From Nemertoderma westbladi (taxonomy: Eukaryota > Animalia > Xenacoelomorpha), in contig JAUCBJ010006114.1 of the NCBI GenBank assembly GCA_032718475.1, positions 3,632-67,631 of the forward strand: a DNA stretch of 64,000 nucleotides, in the 5' to 3' direction. The translations under genes were made by a program, and so were the position numbers. The notes under the pieces are model-generated. The model was given only the letters and a program-made list of their open reading frames with translations. It ran no database searches and was not told where the DNA came from. Below, one piece after another: positions 55,786 through 64,000 of this stretch (positions are counted from its first letter, which is position 1; each line of letters starts with the position of its first letter).

Positions 55786-58701
55786 ATGGATGACACCATC
55801 CGTGGGGATTCTGGCAATACGGAACCGGCGATCAACGATACCCGAGACAGGCGCAGTCGAGCATCCTCCCCCACCGGTAGCGCTAAAACCATGGCGAGTT
55901 CGGCGGCACGACTTGCCAAACATGGAGCTCGGATGATCGGCTTCCGAGTTCAAGCCGAACAGGAACGGATCCGTAAGGAACAGTTGAGGGCAATAAAGGA
56001 ACGAGGATGGATACATCAGGAACAGGAACGTAAACTGGAAGAATTGAGGATCTCCGAGGAACGTAAACTGGAAGAATTGAGGATCTCCGAGGAACGTAAA
56101 CTGGAAGAATTGAGGATCTCCGATGAACGCGGGCTGGAAAAACTGATACGAGAGGCTGCTGAGGTGGAATTCGAAGCGCGACTCTGGGAGGAAGAAGCCA
56201 AGGAGGACTGCGAGGAAGGACTCTCGGGCAGGCTTCGGGAGTTCGACGGTGAGTTGGATCCAGGAACTGAGGATGCCAGACCGTGTCACGGTGGCGCGGT
56301 CAGGGGTGAAGGGACGGACGGACCTGAACCATTCGGGTTCACCGTCTCGCCTCAGGGAAACACGGAACGGTGGGCGGCAACAGATAACTCGGGTGTCACA
56401 CAGGTACGGGCGGTCATGGGGTCGGAGAGTGTACCGGTACGTACACAACGCGGCCCCCAGCCAATGGCTTCATCCTCCCCAAGGCCGGAACCGAAATCGG
56501 AGGAAGAAGGACGCGAGATTCGGGGCGCGGCACAACGTCAGGGTGGCGTTGTGGCAACCCCGGTCGTAACGGACTATGGTCGGGGTGCGGTGCAATGTCA
56601 GGGTGGCATTGCACAAGTCCCGGTCGTAACAGGCCATGGCTGGGATGCGGCACGGCACCACGGTGGTGTTGTGGAAATCCCGGCTGTATCGGACGACAAC
56701 AACCTTCGGGCGGATAGGAAGCCCTTGGGTTTATTCAGGAACTCTCGGACTGTGACAGAGGTTAAGCCGAGGGATGTGGGGGCCGCCTACAACCTTCCGC
56801 CTATAAAACCTTCGGCTCGATCAATGGACGACGGGGCGCCAGAGGATTACGGGCGACTAGACGCCCATGCACAACCCTTTATCCCCAGGGATCGGACTCC
56901 CCATTCTTCCACGGATCCCTGGGTAGGGTCGGTCGATTCGTGGATTGACGAACTCATCCCCGGAATGGAAACTGTAGTTCGGGGTGGCGAAGGAGCACAG
57001 AGTCTGGAGGTGGCGCTAATGCGACTCGGGGACGAACGGGGCACGCCGGAGGTGCGGCTGCTGCGGTTCGACGGGAACCCGATTCAGTGGCCGCAGTTCA
57101 TCGAGTGGTTTTACGAGCTCGTACACCGTCGTGTACATTATACGGATGCTCGTCGCCTCGCGCTGCTTCAAGGGCAACTCGACGGGACGGCCAAGGATAC
57201 CGTTGCGGGGTACGGTTGCAGCGGTGGAGCTTACGCCCAGGTGCTCCAGACTCTTAAATGGCAGTTCGCGCACCCGTCACTCGTCTCCCGGGTCTTTATA
57301 AACTCTATCGCGGAGGGGAAACAGATCCCCGCGCGGGACAAGGTGGCATTGAGACAGTTCCATACGAATATAACTCTGTGTATTTATACACTACGGGCCA
57401 TGGGTAATCTCGCGGACATATACTCTGTGGAAACGCTGCGGCGGGTCTATATGCGGCTGCCCGATCACCTGCAATGGAAGTGGCAGCAGCATTGCGTAAA
57501 TATCAGAGAGGGTTCCGGTCGCGGAACACCGGAAGACCCATCGCTGATACACCTGGAGACATGGTTGGGTCGCTGTGTGCGAGCGCTGTTCGAGCCAACC
57601 ACGACAGACTTAAGCGAGTTTACCAACTACAGCTCCGGGATCGGGAAGCCACGGTTCGTAAAGCCGAGAGAAGAAACCTTGGCTAAACGCGCGGTAGCGC
57701 TTGTCTCTGGGGACGTGAGGAAGGGGACGAGATCGGAGAACCCGAACTCGGTTAGCCATTCGGTATCCTGCCGCTCTATGGAATGTTGCGTCCTCTGTCA
57801 GGGGGATCACACAACGAGAAACTGTGAGAACTTTAAGGGTCTAACGATGAAGCAACAAATGGATAAAGTCCACGTACTCGAACTCTGTTTTAAGTGTTTG
57901 GAAGCGGGCCATCGGGGCGGCGACTGCCCGAAGCCGGTACCGTGCGACGCAGGGGGTTGTGAACGGCGGCATCATCCCCTCTTACATACGGCCTTCAACG
58001 AACTAAACTCGAGGATCGGCGGTGGGATAACGGGAATCGGGAAAGAGAGATCCGGTTACTCGGCGGTTACGGCGGATTGCGACGTGGTATCGGACGACCA
58101 CGCGACGGGGTGGGAGGAGGACGGCGGCGTTCTCCTCCCTATTGTACCGTGCCGGCTTTATGGGAAAGGAGGGACGATGGTAGAGGGCGTCGTCATGCTG
58201 GATCCGTGTAGCGAACTGACTTTGATTGTCGACGAGGTCGCGAATAAACTCAGGTTGGGGGGTGAACGGCGCACATTAACGATAGGGAATGTCGAACGGG
58301 ATGGGCCGCAACGGGAGGCGCGGAGGGTGGCTTTCGGTATTGGGCCGCGGGATGGGAGCCACAAGGCTGTGGAAGTGGGCGAGGCGTGGACTATCTCCGT
58401 TATAAATGTACCGAGGCGCCGTATGACATGCGATAACCTCACAACATCGTATCCTCATCTCGTCGGTATACCAATACCGACAGATGTGGATTACTCGCGG
58501 GTTATAGCACTCATTGGCGCCAACGTACCTGAGATAGTCTGCCCCTTAGAGGTAAAACGGGGGGACCCGGGACAGCCTTATGCACTACGGACTCTGTGCG
58601 GCTGGACGGTATGGGGGCCGGTGGGCGCTGGTAGAGGGTCGAGGGTTTACACGGAAACATTGCGGGGTGACGGGGAAGGCGGGCGATGGGGAATTGGATA
58701 A
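55786..58701 (+). CDS. BEL/Pao Gag-protease (frameshift near 58650-58700)
   Basis: RFDGNPIQWPQF, CVLCQGDH...C, CFKCLEAGH..C, C...HHPLLH, protease MLDPCSELT and ALIG...PYALRTLCGWTVWGP. Confidence 0.92.
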   Translation: MDDTIRGDSGNTEPAINDTRDRRSRASSPTGSAKTMASSAARLAKHGARMIGFRVQAEQERIRKEQLRAIKERGWIHQEQERKLEELRISEERKLEELRISEERKLEELRISDERGLEKLIREAAEVEFEARLWEEEAKEDCEEGLSGRLREFDGELDPGTEDARPCHGGAVRGEGTDGPEPFGFTVSPQGNTERWAATDNSGVTQVRAVMGSESVPVRTQRGPQPMASSSPRPEPKSEEEGREIRGAAQRQGGVVATPVVTDYGRGAVQCQGGIAQVPVVTGHGWDAARHHGGVVEIPAVSDDNNLRADRKPLGLFRNSRTVTEVKPRDVGAAYNLPPIKPSARSMDDGAPEDYGRLDAHAQPFIPRDRTPHSSTDPWVGSVDSWIDELIPGMETVVRGGEGAQSLEVALMRLGDERGTPEVRLLRFDGNPIQWPQFIEWFYELVHRRVHYTDARRLALLQGQLDGTAKDTVAGYGCSGGAYAQVLQTLKWQFAHPSLVSRVFINSIAEGKQIPARDKVALRQFHTNITLCIYTLRAMGNLADIYSVETLRRVYMRLPDHLQWKWQQHCVNIREGSGRGTPEDPSLIHLETWLGRCVRALFEPTTTDLSEFTNYSSGIGKPRFVKPREETLAKRAVALVSGDVRKGTRSENPNSVSHSVSCRSMECCVLCQGDHTTRNCENFKGLTMKQQMDKVHVLELCFKCLEAGHRGGDCPKPVPCDAGGCERRHHPLLHTAFNELNSRIGGGITGIGKERSGYSAVTADCDVVSDDHATGWEEDGGVLLPIVPCRLYGKGGTMVEGVVMLDPCSELTLIVDEVANKLRLGGERRTLTIGNVERDGPQREARRVAFGIGPRDGSHKAVEVGEAWTISVINVPRRRMTCDNLTTSYPHLVGIPIPTDVDYSRVIALIGANVPEIVCPLEVKRGDPGQPYALRTLCGWTVWGPVGAGRGSRVYTETLRGDGEGGRWGIG

Positions 58702-61700
58702 ACAGCTCGAGGAGTTTTGGACCACGGAGGGCTTTGGGACGAAGTTTAATGAGGATCGGCCGACTTCGCACGACGACCGTACGGCGATGAAAATGATGGA
58801 AGCCTCCAAGAAAAGGTTACCTAGCGGTCGCTTTATGGTCGGGATGCCGTGGAAGGAATCGAGACTGAAACTCCCCGACAATCGAGCCACAGCGCGTTCG
58901 CAACTCTTGTCGTTGGAAAGGAAATTCTCTAAAAACTCTCTGTTCGGAAAAACTCTATCGGGAAATGTTGGGCTCGTATATTACGGATGGATATGCGTGC
59001 CGCACCACGAAGGAAGAGTTAGAGAAGAAAGACGACCGAGTCTGGTATCTTCCCCATCACGGCATAGTCTCGGCTAAGAAACCGGGAAAGGTGCGCGTCG
59101 TATTTAACGCTGCCAACCGCCACCGGGGGGTAGCGCTTAACGATAAGCTTTACTCGGGACCGGACTTGTTAAACACCTTAGCGGGATTTCTCATGCGATT
59201 CCGGCAAAACAAAATCGCATTCGCCGCCGATATTAAAGCGATGTACCACCAAATTCGTGTACCGGAACGGGATCAACGCTCACTGCGGTTTCTCTGGCGC
59301 CATAGCGTTACCGAACCGATACTCACTTATCAGATGACGGTTCAGGTATTCGGCGTTATCTGCTCCCAGGCGTGCGCGTGTTACGCATTGAGGTCTGCCG
59401 TCCTGGATGACCCGTGCCCCCCGGGCATACGGCGCGCGGTACTGGAATCCTTTTATTCGGACGACCTATTGGGATCGACAGCCGAGACCGCACAGGCCAT
59501 TGCGTTAGTGAGCGGGCTACGGGAACGACTCAAGGATTACGGGATGCACCTCGTAAAGTGGGCCAGTAGTTCGCGGGAACTACTCGGGACCGTACCGTCG
59601 GAGGAGCGGGCAACGCCAACCATCGACTTGGCCGGGGACGACTTACCAACGGATCGAGCGCTTGGGATTAGCTGGGAAATGGAAGCGGATGTGATTAGAT
59701 TCGACTTCGCGGGAGTTAGCGAGGAGGGTTCGAAACGGGAAATTCTGTCCACAATAAGTTCTATTTTCGATCCACTAGGATTCCTCGTTCCCGTAATATT
59801 CGTTGCTAAATGTATCATGCAGAAACTCTGGGCGTTAAAGATGGATTGGGACAAACCTGTACCGAATGAGGTTCTCGAGATATGGCTGGGATGGAAAGAC
59901 GATGCGAAAAATCTGTCGGGCCTGCGAATTCCCCGATGGTACGAAACGGGACTCTCAGGGTTAGCGGTGGGCCGGGAGATCCACGTTTTCTGCGACGCAT
60001 CCGAAGAAGGCTTCGCGTGTGTGGCGTATGTTCGTTCGGAACTCAGCGCCAAGTCGGCGCGATGCTCCTTCATTGCGGGGAAGAGCAGATTGGCGCCAAT
60101 GAAACGACTGTCCATACCTCGACTGGAACTCCAGGCGGCGGTGCTGGGGATCCGCTTAGCTGAGACTTTAAGGGGAGAGCTAAGGATGGTAATTTCCCGA
60201 ACTGTCTATTGGTCTGATTCCACAACGGTGCTGCGGTGGATAGGAAATCCTTCTAGGCGTTTCCACACCTTCGTCGGGAATCGGGTTGCCGAAATCGGAC
60301 CGTTGACGGATTGGCGGCATGTACCGGGGGATCTTAATCCAGCGGATGACGGGACGAGGGGACTCGCAGCTGCGGAGCTAGTTGAGTCGAGCCGATGGTT
60401 CCAAGGACCGCCATTCTTACGAACCGAACCACGGAATTGGCCCGCGTCGCCAATTATTAAGGAGGACGATACAGATCCCGAGATCAAACTTTGTGGGGCC
60501 TCGTTTCGCTCGTCCAGTCGGGCAGGGGCGGTTATTGACCTACGGCGGTATTCTCGCTATCGCCAGGCGCTGAGGAGGGTTGCGTGGGTGATGCGGTTCA
60601 TCCACAACATCAAACGGGGGGACCGATCGACTCGACATTCCGGACCCCTCTCGGTCGACGAACTAGAGGACGCGAAGATCGGAATGATAAAGGGTGATCA
60701 ATCCGAATTCTTCGCAGAAGAGGTTGAGCGAATCCATGCGGGGAAGGAGATTCATCGAAACAGTCCCCTAAGTAAACTCCAACCGTGGTTATCGGGGAAC
60801 GGGCTTCTGCGAGTCGGAGGTCGACTACATAACGCGGATATAAGCGAGGAAGCGAAACACCCAGTCGTCCTCGCGCACGGCAGTCCTTTGGCGAGACTGT
60901 TGATCTGGGAGGCGCACGAACGGTTGGGACATAGCGGGGTCGAGGCGGTGCTGGCGGAAATACGCGAAGCCTACTGGATAACGCGGGGGCGAGCCACGAT
61001 AAAGGGAGTCTTGCGTGGTTGTTATCCATGCCGATGTCGGCTGTTACGTCGGCCGGCGACCCCTTTAATGGCCCCACTGCCTAAGGAGAGGGTCGACTCG
61101 AACGCACCTGCTTTCTATTATACGGCGGTCGACTACTTCGGACCGATCGATGTCACCCAGGGCCGGTCGACTGTGAAGCGCTACGGGGCGCTGTTCACGT
61201 GTCTCGTCACCCGAGCGGTCCATCTCGAGGTAGCTTTCGGCCTTACGACGGATACATTCCTCATGGCGCTACGCCGATTCATGGCGAGACGTGGGAAACC
61301 CGGGGTTATATATTCTGACAACGGTACAAACTTTCAAGGGGCGGATAACGAACTAAAGTGATGCATACGGGAAATGGAGGAGGGTGAGGAAGGACTGGCC
61401 GCGAGAATGGTAGAGTATGAGGTTAAGTGGAGATTCATCGGGCCGTTGAGTCCTCATTTCGGCGGGGTGTGGGAGAGGCTCGTTCGTTCGGTAAAGGATA
61501 TCATGGTGGCGGTCCTAGGATCTCAGCGGATACATGATGACACGTTGGCCACCGTATTCGCTGAAATAGAGGCGATATTAAATAATCGCCCTCTCACCCC
61601 TGCGAGCGATAGCGTTGACGACTGTACGGCATTGACCCCGGCGCACTTTCTGATGGGGCGACGGTACACCCAGAAGTGTCCCGGCGTGTTCACGCACGCG

Positions 61701-62042
61701 GATACAATAGGCAGGGTCAGGTGGCGGCAGGCCCAAGCGCTAGCGGAGACGTTTAGAAGGCGATGGGTTAAAGAATATCTCCCGACGCTCACCGTGCGGA
61801 ATAAGTGGAACTGTGATACCCCTAACCTCAGCAACGGGGATTTAGTAGTGGTCCTCTCCACGGGGAAGCTAAAGGATACTTATGAATTGGGGCGGATCGT
61901 AGAGACACATCCTAGCGCAGACGGGCGAGTAAGGACGGTAACTGTACGCACCCCGAGTGGCATATATAAGCGGCCGGTCGCCATAATCGCTTTACTGGAA
62001 GCGTGTGCAGGGACTGTTAAGACGAACGGCCGCCCAAAGTAG
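58680..62042 (+). pseudogene. BEL/Pao Pol (RT, RNase H, integrase) with a frameshift near 58950 and a premature TGA at 61359-61361
   Basis: WYLPHH, KVRVVF, ADIKAMYHQI, FYSDD, FCDAS, SIPRLELQAA, WSDS, NPAD..TRG, H..H..C..C, VDYFGP, YSDNGTNF, GGVWERLV and NNRPLT. Confidence 0.93.
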
Positions 62043-63381
62043 ACTCCACGGGGAAATTAGTTTTTTAGCCTGATATTTATACTATTTATTTAATGCATTA
62101 TTTTTAACGTGATTTGCTTTGTGTCCTATCTATTTGGTGTACTATTTTTTAGCTTGCAATTTATCCTATGAAATCTATGCGGTGTATTATTTCGGCTTAT
62201 AATTTATTTATGTCTTTAATTATTATTTTTAACGTGATTTGCTTTGTGTCCTATCTATTTGGTGTACTATTTTTTAGCTTGCAATTTATCCTATGAAATC
62301 TATGCGGTGTATTATTTCGGCTTATAATTTATATGTGTCTTTAATTATTTATTTAGTGTATTATTTTTTGGCGTACGATCTATAATGTTGATCTATTTGC
62401 TGGGTGATTATTTTCGGCTTAGGGCTTGTTCTGTATTGATTTTGTTGGTGTGCGTACTTGTATATTGACCATGACGACATCTATTGGGTTATGATTTTTA
62501 TTGGTGGGCCGCGAGTTGATCATTGGGTTTATTTTTAGCTCGGTTATTATTGGTATGTACCTTTATACCTCGCCTGGGGCGGGCTCGGGTATTGCTTGGG
62601 GTGGGCGTACTTAGCTGCTATATTGGATATGTAAACAGGATTGGCTTCTGTAAAGGTGTAGGATAATATGCGGCCGTTATTGCTTTTGTGAGTTTTGATT
62701 GGAGGATTCCTTTCGGGAGAGGTGTATTCAAGGCTTGGCTTTGTGACATTATTGCTTTGAATGTTGTAGCTAATAATAGCCTAGGTTGGGATGGTTGAAG
62801 TTTGTGTTACTCTATTGTTGCAAGGGTCAAACTGATTATAGCTCGTTTGCTTGTCTGCCCGTTGAGGTAATGTGCAGTTTGTTCGGTAATCTGTTGACAC
62901 CTTTTATATTGGTTGAGTTTGGTATATAAACTATAGTTATGGGATTCATTAGTCAGTAGCCTACGAACCCCAGCCAACTGTCACGCCATTTAATTAATGT
63001 TTTTTCTTTTGGTCCCGGCCGGACCGGTAATTTTATTATTATTATTAATGCAATTTTGCGGCTAAATTTTACTGTCTGATTGAAATTAAATAAAAATTAA
63101 ACCTCTACACTGCATGTATTTAACTATTTTTCTTTATGTTTTCGTCATGGTGAAAACGAATCACGGGCTCGCCGATCTCTAGATCTAGGAAGGTAACCAC
63201 CCGGACAACCCCCCCCCCCCCCCCCCCCCCCCCTACCCCTCTCGTATAGGCATACTCTTTAAAAAAAGGGCAAGCACATACCAGGCTACCGCACTCCCCA
63301 CACACTCCACGAACCTTATAGGGAATCGAAGGCAACCACACGCTGGCCTGGTAGATAGTCTGCACACACCCCCTTTTTACA
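62015..63381 (+). repeat. 3' LTR of BEL element 2 (1367 bp, two 125-bp units, longer poly-C)
   Basis: Repeat of 54284-55762 with several substitutions. Confidence 0.96.
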
Positions 63382-63556
63382 ATCTGGCTGTTATCTTTGT
63401 TGACTTCTTCAAGGCCTTTGATTCAGTCTCTATCGCTCAAGTATGTTCAGCATACTTTCATTATATGGGATTCCTGATGAAATTATTGCAGCAATAAGAT
63501 CAGTATACGATGGTACGACAACATTTATGTCTACTGTTGACGGTGACACAGAACCA
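63382..63556 (+). pseudogene. RTE LINE RT fragment, continuing from 54230-54283 across the BEL insertion
   Basis: The joined flanks read LALRRIIKELTKKKDRHLAVIFVDFFKAFDSV...LYGIPDEIIAAIRSVYDG, homologous to the reverse complement of 22400-22620. Confidence 0.9.
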
Positions 63557-64000
63557 AGGCGATACCTAATACTGGCCATGAGATGGGAGGCCTATGCAAA
63601 ATTAGCGGAGGCCGACCTACTTACTGTACTGTCAGACTGTAGTACGGTACTACAGTGTATGGTGGCCCATGAGTATCATAACAAAAAAATATATTTATAT
63701 ATTTTTAAATGAAATAAAAAAACTAATTTTAAAATGCATATGAAAAAAAATTCAAATAAAAAATAAAATGCAATTTAAAATGGATTTTAAAGTCGATTTC
63801 AAATCGATTTTTAAAAGGCATTTTAAAACGCATTCACAACACGCAGCCCATGAGTATCATAACAGACTGTCGTAATGGTAGCTGGCCCAGGAGTATCATA
63901 TCGAACTGGCTGAGGATAGGCCTAACATGCGCATGCGCATACGCTACCTAGTTCCCTTGCTGCTAGCTGTAGAGTACCGGTAGTGCACTACTGTTGTACT

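Larger units (their letters stand above)
54284..63381 (+). mobile_element. Full-length BEL/Pao LTR retrotransposon (9.1 kb), decaying, TSD ATCTG, inserted in an RTE fragment
   Basis: LTRs 54284-55762 and 62015-63381 with TG...CA ends. ATCTG at 54279-54283 and 63382-63386. Domain order Gag-PR-RT-RH-IN. Confidence 0.97.

Noticed and set aside
55696-56448. 250-aa antisense ORF with FLGDPQFFQFT repeats
   Set aside because: It is the antisense shadow of the 33-bp Gag repeats.

Overview
Repeat-rich, intron-poor eukaryotic DNA, probably from an invertebrate animal. It is not prokaryotic and has no CRISPR array. Three host genes lie on the minus strand: a single-TM NUDT9/TRPM2-NUDT9H-like ORF with a degenerate Nudix box (5563-6810), intronless ABT1/ESF2 (28836-29519) and a two-exon GTP-dependent, probably mitochondrial PEPCK (32377-34570). 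There are three tandem arrays, with 22-23 bp, ~41-42 bp (with ~2.1-2.3 kb higher-order structure) and 18 bp units. Two LTR-to-LTR BEL/Pao retrotransposons carry 5-bp TSDs. The first (39094-52817) has near-identical LTRs and an intact 1670-aa Gag-protease ORF that lacks RT and integrase, plus orphan 3' cargo ORFs. The second (54284-63381) is a decaying full-length copy inserted into an RTE LINE. The window also holds several LINE fragments, an IS3EU-like DDE transposase remnant, an Academ-like remnant and several MITEs. The most notable signals are: (1) a tRNA-like Pol III element whose anticodon arm is replaced by a minimal type I hammerhead ribozyme (5071-5168, minus); (2) the non-autonomous Gag-PR-only BEL element; (3) the membrane-anchored NUDT9 pseudoenzyme; (4) a back-to-back SMART/PacBio amplification-adapter dimer at 22025-22076, which means the join between the satellite and the rest of the window is probably a chimeric assembly artefact.
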